From Sporopachydermia quercuum (Eukaryota), in assembly GCA_001599295.1 (NCBI GenBank), contig BCGN01000005.1, forward strand, positions 372,001 through 436,000: 64,000 nt of DNA, in the 5' to 3' direction. Position numbers and translations under genes: made by a program. This document shows, piece after piece, positions 11,278 to 22,195 of this stretch (positions within the stretch are counted from its first letter, which is position 1; every line of letters begins with the position of its first letter). The notes under the pieces were generated by a model, which did not search any database, was not told the DNA's origin, and saw only the letters and a program-made list of their open reading frames with translations.

Positions 11278-13042
11278 GTTCTTGTACTTATTCTTCACTG
11301 ATATATCTTCCTCTAAAGTTTAGAAGCTTCACCAGATATTGTATCCTATAAATTTTTTCCGTAGGACAGTAACAACTACCCCCCACTTACAATATGTGTA
11401 TTTCTTATATCAATCAAATTGGTCAATCTAGTTACCAGATCCTGTGTAAGCTGAAAATTACTCTCATCATCAGAAGCTTCCAAGTTTTTTCTCAGATGGA
11501 GACTTTATGTAAAGTCTTCACAACAACATCACATCTCCACTCAAGATTTCATCAAGGTGTCTGTTTCCTCTTTAACTAACAGGAGTGTCATGAGTTTTGA
11601 CTTTCTTGTAGTATGGAGACCCCATATTACATATTCAATATGACGGAACCATAACAATTATGACCACTCATAGTGCGCTATCCGTAGATCCAACACATCT
11701 TTCATTTTTAGTCACTACCTATTATTCACTACTCAACAAATCTCTCATATCTCATTGTTCATTCTTCCTCATTTGTATTGCCAGCTCTGCACTCAGACCT
11801 ATCAAATTAAAGTTAACGTTTATTTATCCATTGGGTTTTGTCTACCCATACCGAATATATTCGTACACTGTTCTTGTGTCACTTTTAACAGACTGACTCA
11901 TTTAATGAAGAAAATAGTATTGAAAACAATTGTAAATTGATCATTTCTCAGCTAGAATAACGAGGGTAATTAAAATATTGTTTACTGACTAATCTGCTAC
12001 ATGTTAGTGCAATTTTATACTACACTCAAAACTAATATACCGACCGTGTTAAATAGTATGCAAGCAAACCTCCCATATCAACTTCAAAGGTTATATATCC
12101 GAAGACCAATTNTAATGCTAAAACCCCTGAAGTTATTTATCAATCAATTAGGAGAAATTAAGTCTTTCCGAATATCCCAAAAATTCAATACTTTTTCAAT
12201 TTTAATATTTCTTTATACTCCTGTTTAATCACCTAGCTAATCATCTGAGTGCCATCAGGTAGCAATTCAATTGTCATACTTCCACCCAAATCACATGTTA
12301 TTGGTTACAGGGAGTAGTCATCGCAATCCCATGGAAATAAACTCTAAGCCACATNTCTCTGGCTCATCAAACCCCAATTCAGCTTTACCCCATCTTATAC
12401 GTAAGCTTCTCAAACTAAGCGTTACTTAAGAATAGTACGTAGTTTAGTTTAGTAGTACAAGCTTCAATACTGGCGAAGATGAATTTGTACTACTTCTCAA
12501 GAGTGTAGAGGCTTGTTGGGCTTTAGTAAGTCATATACTTATACCGAAGAAGCAGAANCAAGTTAAACATTTATCTTTTTAAAGAAGTTGACATTGGGAA
12601 TTTTCATTATATCCAACAATTCAAAGGTTAGGGGATTCGGTTATGATTCAATACGATTTAATAATCTTATTATTTGCTTTCCTAATTGTTGTTTATTTAT
12701 CCTGAAAAACTTATAGTGAGACTGATAGCTTCGACGAAGGATAGTCAATTTTCTACAGAATCAGTATAAGAAGTAGCTCATCGGTCCTTGTTACCTATGT
12801 ATCACAATTTATTATGAAAGGGTTGATAGTATAACCATAGTAAACAATTGTAATTTATATTGAACTTGGTTGAAAAAGGGTTAACTAGCCTGTTAAATCT
12901 TACAATCAATTGGAAACAACAGGTTTTTATAGAAGTATTATTGCACTTGAATAGCGAAATTACGGCAAAGTAGGCATTAAGAGAAAACATTGCAAAAGTT
13001 ATAATAGAGATCTCAACAACTATAGCAACTATAATATCCCAA

Positions 13043-14572
13043 ATGTCAGCTAAATCAATTAGAGAAGCCGATGGTAAGGCTTTATTAGCCTTTTTCCTAT
13101 CAAAGTCACCAGTTTACANTAAGACTGAACCGGAGCATAGGTTTGAATCAGGACCAGCTAAAGTCGCTCCTTTATATTTTGAAGATGANAAGCCAGAAAC
13201 GTTTGACGATGTTATCATTAGAGCCGAATTACAATACCCCTGGTTATCAAAAGAAGGTGCCAAGTTTGTTGTCAAACCGGATGCCCTTATCAAGAGAAGA
13301 GGGAAATCTGGTTTGTTGGGATTAAACAAAACATGGGATGGATGCAAGCAATGGATTAAGGAGAGAGCTGGAAAGCCAGTTGAAGTTGAAGCAATCGTTG
13401 GAACCTTGAAGAATTTCATTGTTGAACCATTTGTTCCCCACCCACAGGAAACCGAATATTATATCAACATGCACTCTGTTAGAGAAGGGGATTGGATTCT
13501 CTTTTATCACGAGGGTGGTGTAGATGTTGGTGATGTTGATTCTAAAGCATCCAAGATTCTGATTCCTGTCGACTTGAAGAATGAATACCCTTCAGAAGAA
13601 GAAATCGAAAAAGCTTTATTATCACAAGTTCCTACATCACAACATAAGACTTTATTAGACTTTATTAATCGTCTATATGCTGTTTACGTCGATTTACAAT
13701 TCACCTATTTGGAAATTAATCCATTGGTGGTTGTTCCATCTGAAAATGATGTAAATGTCTACTATCTTGATCTTGCCGCCAAGTTGGATCAAACTGCTGA
13801 ATTCGAATGCGGATTCAAATGGGCTGAAGCTCGTTCTCCCAAGAACTTAGGTATTTCCCAAATCAATGGTATTGCAAGCAAAACTAATGGAAAGCTTAAC
13901 ATTGATGCTGGTCCACCAATGGAATTTCCTGCTCCTTTCGGAAGAGAACTGACTAAAGAAGAAGCTTTCATTGCTGATTTGGATGCAAAGACCGGTGCTT
14001 CTTTGAAATTGACTGTTTTGAACCCGAACGGAAAAATCTGGACATTAGTTGCTGGAGGTGGGGCATCTGTTGTTTACGCTGACGTCATTGCTGCATCCGG
14101 ATATTCCGATGAATTGGCTAATTATGGAGAGTACTCAGGTGCTCCAACCGAAGTTCAAACCTATGAATATGCTAAGACTGTCATTGACCTAATGACTAGA
14201 AGTCCACCAAACGAGGATAAAGAGTTTGGTAAAATCCTCTTCATTGGTGGTGGTATTGCCAATTTCTCACAAGTTGGATCAACATTTAAGGGTATAATTA
14301 GAGCTTTCAGGGAATACAATAGTTTGCTCCACGAACATGATGTCAGAATCTTTGTTCGACGTGGTGGTCCAAACTGGCAAGAAGGTCTTGAATTGCTTAG
14401 AAGATGTGGTCAAGAACTCGATCTGAATATGGTTATTTATGGTCCTGATATGCACGTTTCAGGTATCGTTCCTCTAGCTTTGAAAGGAATCGTCCCACAA
14501 AACATACAACCATTTGGTGGAATAAAAGCAGATAGTGCCACAACTTCGGGTATGGCTACCCCAATCCATTAA
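13043..14572 (+). CDS. ACL2: ATP-citrate lyase, fungal small subunit (ATP-grasp/citrate-binding half)
   Basis: 'MSAKSIREADGK', 'KPDALIKRRGKSGLL', 'YLEINPL', 'LDLAAKLDQTA', 'LDAKTGASLKLT', 'VAGGGASVVY', 'ANYGEYSGAP', 'GGGIANF', 'RRGGPNWQEGL'. Confidence 0.95.
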   Translation: MSAKSIREADGKALLAFFLSKSPVYXKTEPEHRFESGPAKVAPLYFEDXKPETFDDVIIRAELQYPWLSKEGAKFVVKPDALIKRRGKSGLLGLNKTWDGCKQWIKERAGKPVEVEAIVGTLKNFIVEPFVPHPQETEYYINMHSVREGDWILFYHEGGVDVGDVDSKASKILIPVDLKNEYPSEEEIEKALLSQVPTSQHKTLLDFINRLYAVYVDLQFTYLEINPLVVVPSENDVNVYYLDLAAKLDQTAEFECGFKWAEARSPKNLGISQINGIASKTNGKLNIDAGPPMEFPAPFGRELTKEEAFIADLDAKTGASLKLTVLNPNGKIWTLVAGGGASVVYADVIAASGYSDELANYGEYSGAPTEVQTYEYAKTVIDLMTRSPPNEDKEFGKILFIGGGIANFSQVGSTFKGIIRAFREYNSLLHEHDVRIFVRRGGPNWQEGLELLRRCGQELDLNMVIYGPDMHVSGIVPLALKGIVPQNIQPFGGIKADSATTSGMATPIH

Positions 14573-14732
14573 ATAGACCAATTACATTACATAAACCCTC
14601 ATAATATGCTTTTCACTTTATTCATTTTGTTCAAGGTTTGCTCCCTCATTATTACTGCTTCTGTTAATTTAATTTAATACACATTTAACTATCAGTTGAC
14701 CATTTTATTTGTAAGCAGCAAATGATCTATAA

Positions 14733-14873
14733 AACCCTAATGAGAAGTGTTTTATAACAACTTTGCTAACTCTACTATTCTTCCACCCACGGACAATTTT
14801 GTGAATAACTCAAAAAGATATTAGACCTAACATATTACACGTGACATATCAAGGTGAACAAATATCGGTCACA
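14733..14873 (+). promoter_or_regulatory. RPS27 upstream motifs: Tbf1-like AACCCTAA, Cbf1 site CACGTGAC, Homol-D-like CGGTCACA
   Basis: AACCCTAA 14733-14740; CACGTGAC 14838-14845 (GTCACGTG on minus strand); CGGTCACA 14866-14873. All lie 320-460 nt upstream of the RPS27 ATG. Confidence 0.45.
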
Positions 14874-15193
14874 ATTCTTCCTAGTGGAAACTATGATGTG
14901 CTGAAATATACCCGTAGATGCAAGATTTTTCAGAAGGACATTTCTCCAGAAGACTGTAAAAGTTTAATTTCATTGTGAAAGAATTTTGCATGGTAACGTG
15001 CGAGCCAGGAATGCCACACTGGAGGAACGCATTGTCAGTTCGCTACCTACCCTCATACGACTCTTTATTAGACATCTTAAAACTTCGGTGATTATACAAA
15101 GCTGTTCATAAATTATCATTAGAACATAGAGCTTTATCTTGTTTCTACAGCATCATAACACTAGCGATAGTTAAATAGATTAAATAATTCAAG

Positions 15194-15850
15194 ATGGTAC
15201 GTAACGAATAGTTGAACTGCAGAAAGAAGTATGGCTGATGTGCGAGGAAATTATCGAATTACGACAATAGAAGAGACAAATTTTCAACACTTCTGTATAA
15301 GGATTTTGCACAATGATCGAAATAATTGCAACAGCAGTGACTACAATATCCACTGAAGAAGTCATATCAATGATAGAAAGAAGGTGGTGAAACGACCGAG
15401 TCAACAACTTTGAAAATGAAAGTAAAACTTAAGAAAGTCTTCGCTTTCAAATCGATGGTCATTTAGGATTTCTCGGCTTTTTCACGGCTTTTTCAAGAAT
15501 TCAGATAAATAATTCCATGACTTCTCACCAAACGTTCAAGTTGCATCAAAGTTGCTTAGCGCATNTTTTTTAGATTGTTTGATATGTTACTAACTATCAT
15601 ATAGGTTTTAGTTCAGGATTTGTTAAACCCTACCGCTCAGTCAGAAGCCAAGAAGCACAAGCTCAAGACCCTTGTGCAAGGTCCCAGATCATACTTCATG
15701 GATGTTAAGTGCCCTGGCTGCTTGACTATCTCTACTGTTTTCTCACACGCTCAAACCGCTGTCACCTGCGGATCATGCGCCACTGTCCTTTGCCAACCAA
15801 CCGGTGGTAAGGCTAAGTTGACTGAAGGCTGCTCTTTCAGAAAGAAGTAA
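15194..15850 (+). CDS. RPS27: 40S ribosomal protein eS27, 2 exons: 15194-15196 (ATG only) and 15605-15850
   Basis: ATG|GTACGT...TACTAAC...ATAG|GTTTTAGTTCAGGAT gives [40 protein letters not shown]...CGSC...EGCSFRKK. Intron is 408 nt. Confidence 0.97.
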
Positions 15851-16753
15851 AATTCTTCTAAAAAAGCAATAATTTCTATAAATCAATAATGTCAAAATAA
15901 ATTTGTTTTATTAATTTTTGGTCCTGTATATTCAGATTTGAAGATAGAGTATGCAAATTGGTCTGCATGCACAACAACGGAAGATGGCATACATCCCAAT
16001 CACTGCTATGACAACAGCCGACGAGAAGGGATTTTCAGTTCACCCTTGTATAGTAGGTGTCCTGAGTTTGGGTTTTTTCGGTATTTTTCTTGAAGTGGTC
16101 TAAACTAATCTCTCANTACGAATCAAAGAGAACTCTAAAGGATCTCTTTTGCCGATAAGATACATCATACCAGTTGAAACTTAAGCACTTGTGATTCTAA
16201 TTTCCACTATATGGGACCGTAGATATTTTCCCCCCTCCCGTTGTGTCTCCACTCCAGATTACTAAAGCTCTAATACTCTGTAAGCAAGAAAAGAGTACTT
16301 GAATATTCCGGAATCATTGTAACCCGAACCAACAACATTACCATCATATCTAGTAGTTTTAATTTTCTTTTTCCCCGATTCTCATCAAACATTCGTATAA
16401 CGAAACTCTTGGTTTCAACAAGAAATGTTAACCACAAATCACATGACCAAATATTACTTTATAAATCCATACTTACGGAAACTATCTTAATGACGCGTGT
16501 GGAAACGGAAATAATACTCTCTCGTCCAACAAACACGTAGTTTACTTACTACAAGAGAATTCATAATATGCCAACAGAAAGGATCCATTGCCTGGTGATG
16601 AGAAGAGTTCAGTCAATCCATTTATTTGATTCTTAATACCTGCCTTTGAATCCGGACTCATTTTAGTCAACAAAGATAGATTATATACTCAGGATATTTG
16701 ATAGGCTGGGTTTTAATATACAAGGAAGTTGTAGTCGATTAAGATAAAAGAAG

Positions 16754-17484
16754 ATGAAGTGTCTAGGAGCTTTCTTCATGGCATTAGCCATGTTTATCAA
16801 TGTCACATTGGCTCATAATGTACTATTAAACCCTCGAGGAAAAGCTTGTTTCTTTGAGAATTTAAAGAAGGGAGATAAACTTAGTGTAACGTTTCAAGTC
16901 GGGAACAGAAATCCTGGCTCATCTGAACAATTGCTTACTGATTTCTGGATTATGAATCCTCACAATGTTTTAGTTGAAAAACTATTAGATGTCTCTCACG
17001 GAGATATCTCACATGACGTCAAGACAAGCGGTAGATACGAATACTGCTTCTCAAATGAGAACTCTTTGATTGACACCAAGGACATCACATTCAATATCCA
17101 CGGTGTCGTGTATGTTGATGCCAGCGAAGATTCCAGTTCCCTGGATACCGAAGTCCGTCAATTNGGCCAACTCATTCAAGATGTTAAGAATGAACAAGTA
17201 AGTAATTTTACTAGTGTTGAATGCTTTTAGAAGAGGTTTGGATTTATTCGCATTGAAAACAAGAAATTCACGATTTATTAGTTTGATTCTTTTCGCTNAT
17301 ACATATACTAACGTATCAACAGGGTTATATTGTCATTCGTGAACGTGTTCACAGAAATACTGCTGAATCTACAAATTCTAGAGTCAAGTGGTGGTCAGTT
17401 TTCCAGCTACTTGTTGTCGCTGTGAACAGCGTTTTCCAAATTTATTATCTCCGAAGATTTTTTGAGGTTAAGACTGTTGTTTAA
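16754..17484 (+). CDS. EMP24: p24/GOLD-family cargo receptor Emp24, 2 exons: 16754-17197 and 17323-17484
   Basis: Signal peptide, 'HNVLL...CFFE', 'YEYCFSNE'. Intron 17198-17322 (GTAAGT...TACTAAC...CAG) adds GYIVIRERVHRNTAESTNSRVKWWSVFQ...YYLRRFFEVKTVV*. Confidence 0.95.
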
Positions 17485-17671
17485 ATGGAATTACTGGATC
17501 AAGCTAGCAAATTGGATTACTGGGAATGATTCTTGAATCAAGCGCCATAATGACAGAATCTAATTATAGTTTAAATAAACAAGCATTTGCAACCTTTCAT
17601 AATCTAATATCTATATACATCATAATATAATTATCATTTCCTTTGAAATACATTAGAAGCACTTTTACATA

Positions 17672-20128
17672 TTATGCAGAGTACTCCGGTACGTTTCTAT
17701 TATCCCATGAGCTAATATCATTATTCTGTTCTTCGGTACTAGGACTAATAGAATTGTCGGGACCATTCGTTGAATCTCCTGCTGTTCTCAAAGATGAGGA
17801 TGGTGAGAGTGATGAGTGTGACGGAGGTGATAGATAATCCATAGGTGATGATTCCAATGCTAATAATCTTAATCTCTCCCTCTCTAACTTATCAGACTCT
17901 TCATTGTCAACATCATCAAGCCCTGGAGGATCTGAAGGACCTGTCTCTGCCTCACCCCGCTCATATGTATAATTGTAATAAAAATTTCCATCATCATTGA
18001 TTTCGATGGACGGTTCACTCTCCATATTAATCATTCTCATTAGTTCTTGTTCCTGCTTGTCCATATATGGCGAAAGATGTCCTCTATGTAAAGATTCACT
18101 ATTTGAAACAGGAGTAACAAGTGCCTGTTCTTGATGTATCGGCCTATCCAGTTTGTTTGAAATAGAATCCTGGTTCTGATGATCACCTATGATGATTCCC
18201 TCAGTAAGTTTAATGACATCTTTATTACGTTTGATTTTCTCTTCGTCAATCAAGCCTTCAATCTCGAATTTACGGAAATCCAACGAGCCCGTTAGATCTA
18301 TCAAAACCTCAACAACGTACTTGAATTCCAGGATTGATGTTTTGATCGATGGTATCACATTGACAGGAATTCTGAGTGTTGAATTGATTATTGCTGTATT
18401 ATTCTGAGGATCTGTAATTATAGGGGCTATTATTTGATTAATATCTTTTCTGTATGCATAGGTCCGATTTAGTATACTGATTCGCGATACAGTAATCAAT
18501 ACTGAATGAAGAGCGTGTAATGGTACAGGATGTATTATTTTAAGTTGTGCTCTTATAGTATCACCAACGGTGTAGCCTCCACTACCTAAAGAAAATGTAA
18601 TTTCGCTTTTGACTGCTTTCAAAGATTTTATATTGGATGACTTGATACCTGAAGCTGGTGGTGGTGATGGCGAGTTGTTTGGTATTCTGGATGCCGTTGA
18701 TGTTACAGTGGACGATGCAATAAATGATGACGATGATAATGATCCCATAGCGCCTTGTTGAGCTTTTTTCAACTGTCTCTTCCTGTTGAGATTAAACGAG
18801 GAAAATATACTAGAATTTGGTTGGTGCGTTAGAGTGAGTCTCTGAGGTTTAGGTCTTGTTATATCGTCGATACTCATCATAGAAACTATAGGTATTTCCT
18901 TATCGGTGATGGCAGTAACAGACAAGCTGTAGTTACCTCGAGAGCTATAAGTACAAGATCTGATTGAGTTTGTTGGCGAGATGGAAGGAGAGGAAAGAGG
19001 TGATCTAGGTGAAGATGGTGAGTGAGTTTGTTCTACGCTTGATGTTGATGATTTTGATGGTGTGCTAGCGTTTTCTGAGTTTGCGGGTGATATGATAAAG
19101 GAGCTGGACGGATGATTCAATAAACTTGAGGTCGTAGGCTTTATTAACCAATGGCAGGCTCTCAATGAATATATGATAAATCCTTTCTCAAATTTGACAG
19201 AACTACAGAGATTTGACTTCGGTAGTTGAATTTTGAATGGGAACTTGTGTATACCCCGCATAAGTTGTATTGGGTTTTGCAAGACATTCAAATGTGATTC
19301 AAACAGAATGACTTTTATTTTGCCATGTCGTTCAATAGTCCTACTTCCCTGTAAAGAAGGACCTGATGCGATGGATGATGTTGTAGATGATAAAGCAGAA
19401 GCTGGTGATGAAAATATTGATGAAGAAGATGCTGACTCTCTAGATGAATTGGTCCAAATGTCACTATTCGTACTGTGAGTCGTAACAATATTATTACTGT
19501 CATCTCCTGCTAACTTCTGCATATTTGGGTTAAAACTGATCATACTTCCTTTCAAAAACCGAGATTTCGCTGCTGTAGGTGCTTTAATTACTATTTCGCC
19601 TCTAAAACCCAAGGATATCTTAGAATCATAACTGTTGGCTTTCAAACATTTGAAGATCACTGTACCGCACACAAAGTCGCCAGGAGAATAAGATCTATAG
19701 GGGTCATCTAATTCAATATAAAGATTGTCCGAATCAGACATTGAAGATAAAATTGATCTTTTTGAGTAGTCGAAAGGGTTAGGGTTCTGGATTTTATTGA
19801 AAATAGGTTGACTACTGGGTATGTTGTTACTGTTATTGTTTGTGGGTTCTCTATTCGTTGTGGATGCGCTAGCAGATGTTGTTGTTTCTTGAGACCCAGG
19901 TTGAAGCGTTGAAGTGGATGCCGATGAAGATGATGTAGATGATGCTGAAGACTGTGTAGTCTGTCGAGTTATTGTTCCCTGACGATTGTTACTACTCTTA
20001 TAACTGACATCAATATTGTTTAACTGACCATTCGAAACTTCTCTCTGTTCATCGGTTTTATTCCCATAATCACTTTTACGTTTCGCTTTGGATCTTCCCA
20101 AATATCTACTAGTTAGTAGTCTATCCAT
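17672..20128 (-). CDS. RIM8: Arrestin-like pH-signalling protein Rim8/PalF
   Basis: Arrestin N-domain 'LYIELDDPYRSYSPGDFVCG', 'HKFPFKIQLP...SSVKFEKGFIIYSL'; C-domain 'YRKDINQIIAPIITDP'; C-terminal S-x-P motifs (ESEPS, ESSP) and terminal PxY ('VPEY'). Confidence 0.85.
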   Translation of the reverse strand: MDRLLTSRYLGRSKAKRKSDYGNKTDEQREVSNGQLNNIDVSYKSSNNRQGTITRQTTQSSASSTSSSSASTSTLQPGSQETTTSASASTTNREPTNNNSNNIPSSQPIFNKIQNPNPFDYSKRSILSSMSDSDNLYIELDDPYRSYSPGDFVCGTVIFKCLKANSYDSKISLGFRGEIVIKAPTAAKSRFLKGSMISFNPNMQKLAGDDSNNIVTTHSTNSDIWTNSSRESASSSSIFSSPASALSSTTSSIASGPSLQGSRTIERHGKIKVILFESHLNVLQNPIQLMRGIHKFPFKIQLPKSNLCSSVKFEKGFIIYSLRACHWLIKPTTSSLLNHPSSSFIISPANSENASTPSKSSTSSVEQTHSPSSPRSPLSSPSISPTNSIRSCTYSSRGNYSLSVTAITDKEIPIVSMMSIDDITRPKPQRLTLTHQPNSSIFSSFNLNRKRQLKKAQQGAMGSLSSSSFIASSTVTSTASRIPNNSPSPPPASGIKSSNIKSLKAVKSEITFSLGSGGYTVGDTIRAQLKIIHPVPLHALHSVLITVSRISILNRTYAYRKDINQIIAPIITDPQNNTAIINSTLRIPVNVIPSIKTSILEFKYVVEVLIDLTGSLDFRKFEIEGLIDEEKIKRNKDVIKLTEGIIIGDHQNQDSISNKLDRPIHQEQALVTPVSNSESLHRGHLSPYMDKQEQELMRMINMESEPSIEINDDGNFYYNYTYERGEAETGPSDPPGLDDVDNEESDKLERERLRLLALESSPMDYLSPPSHSSLSPSSSLRTAGDSTNGPDNSISPSTEEQNNDISSWDNRNVPEYSA

Positions 20129-20851
20129 GTTTTCCCTATAATATATTCGCTAAACTGTTCATTTGTTGATATTTCTTTACTTGCTGTAAAGCTGTTTCCT
20201 CTTATTTGCTGACATCTACTGATAACTTATCAACAGTCCAGCAATAAACTAATATCATGGATTTCTAGTAATTATTGTGATATATATTCTGAATTCAATA
20301 TAGCACAATCCGGGGAAATTAACTAGCAAATTATATACAACTCTTCCTGTAATCACTATTATCATTTTACATTTATTTTCATTCATTCGTGCTTGTACTA
20401 TTGCTTAACACTCATAAATGTATTTCTTTTATTTATCATTCCATTTCGTTTCTATTCGTGAGAAAACCTGTTTCACCTGTTTTGGTGTCCGTTGAGAATT
20501 ATCCTATCCGTACAGATGATCTAGTGACTAAAGTTGTACATTANATGGAATAATCATTCTTCAAGGAGATGTTGGTTAGGACGTTTTGATGGGAANAATG
20601 TGCTAGAAAAACTAGAAACCGCTTTTCAAAAATGAAATACGAGATAATGACAATTTCCAGCGTAATAACTGTATATTTTGGATGATTTATCGTTGCTCTA
20701 GTATCGACAGGTTCGGGAGGTCAAAAAAGTAAGGTTCAAAAATAACGTTCATAGGTGTATTTTTGCATAGACACGCATACAAATGCATGGCTCTGCTCTA
20801 GAAAAGGGTCGGTATAAGACTTTTAGAATGAACCTGAAAAAGCTTATATGT

Positions 20852-21073
20852 CTTGGACTTGGCCTTGGTCTTGGAGTTAACCATGAAAGCCGTTTGATGA
20901 TTATGGGAAAAGCAAAGAGACGATAAGGTCTGAGTTCATATAACGTATATTTTTGTTTGGAAAATGAAAATTAGCGGAACTGTAAGAAAGGATTTCGTTT
21001 CTGAATTACATTATATAGGTCCCTATTTTTGTTGATTACTAGAACAGGGTCCAGCACAGGGTTCGAAGGGTCC
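20852..21073 (-). promoter_or_regulatory. Candidate Rim101/PacC (four tandem CCAAG) and Nrg1 (GGACCCT) sites upstream of RIM8
   Basis: CTTGGA-CTTGGC-CTTGGT-CTTGGA at 20852-20875; AGGGTCC at 21046-21052 and 21067-21073; AGGGTTC at 21058-21064. Confidence 0.55.
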
Positions 21074-22195
21074 GAAATATAATTGGATTGGATCTTCCGT
21101 ATACGTTGAATCTATTATTATTTTGAGAGAGGAAAGTATTAAATCTGGGGGTTTAGTTTGGGTTTAATGCTTGATCTTTTTGTATGGAATCCATAGAAGA
21201 CTTAGTTTAAGAGAGCTGCTCGCTTGAAAGAAAAAGTAAACAGAGAGGGGGAAATCAGTAAGACAAAAACAGTTAATAGAAGGCAACCAAGCCTCGTCTA
21301 AAGTTGATTAATCAATATCTCTAACCCATGACATGTGAAATGATAGCCTGCATATTGGTACATAAAACGTTTTTAATTAGATAAAGTTACTGATAGATTT
21401 CTTGGAGATTAATAGAGACTACCTCAAGGAAAAAAATAATAATAAGCCTTGAAGGTAAATGAAGTATCAAAACTCAATATATCTGTTTGGGTTGTCTAGT
21501 TGTTTTGACTCAGGGTAAAACTTTAACAAAAACTGAGGCCGAAAAGGCTTTTGATCTACATACGTAAACAGATCCGTGAGAGATGAAACCGCGAATTAAT
21601 AGTTGGGTACAAGGACCGTCCTCTTCAAACAACCCCCCTTTTTGATATGAAATATACAGAAAAAACTGGAGAAATAGGTAAGAGAAATACGTTTTCAAAT
21701 ATTTACTAATTTGTTCAATAACAATTGGGGTTGATATTAAAAATTGTCATCTGAAGAAAACAAATTAGACTTCTCATGATACATATTCATCCATGATCAT
21801 ACATCCTGCCAACTTGATCACTTATCAATGAAATTTTTACCGATTGTGCATAATTTGCTGATTTTGTCAATTATTACATTAACTTTATGATAACGAATCC
21901 AAATGAAACCCAGGTTTTCCACAAGCTATTCATACTCAAAGTTCAGTTCATTTATGAGATCTTTTCAAAAGATTAGTTTTTACACCATTCAGCATGTATG
22001 ATTCAGAAATATAACAACAAAGTCAACCACCTGAACGAAATGAAATTTCCTTCAAGAACTATATAAAATTTTAGACTGATCAGTTAATTGTAAACGTTTG
22101 ATTTTTTTTCCTGTTCCTTTTATCGATATGAGAGCTGCAACTAACTACCTAAGAATCATTCAAATGGAGCGTAATCACTAAAGCCTTTCCACTGT

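Noticed and set aside
12526..12716. Possible 5'-UTR intron upstream of ACL2 (GTAAGT at 12526)
   Set aside because: No convincing CTAAC branch point with a suitably placed acceptor.
21058..21073. GGTTCGA resembling a tRNA T-loop/B-box
   Set aside because: No cloverleaf or A-box; better explained as part of the AGGGTCC motif cluster.
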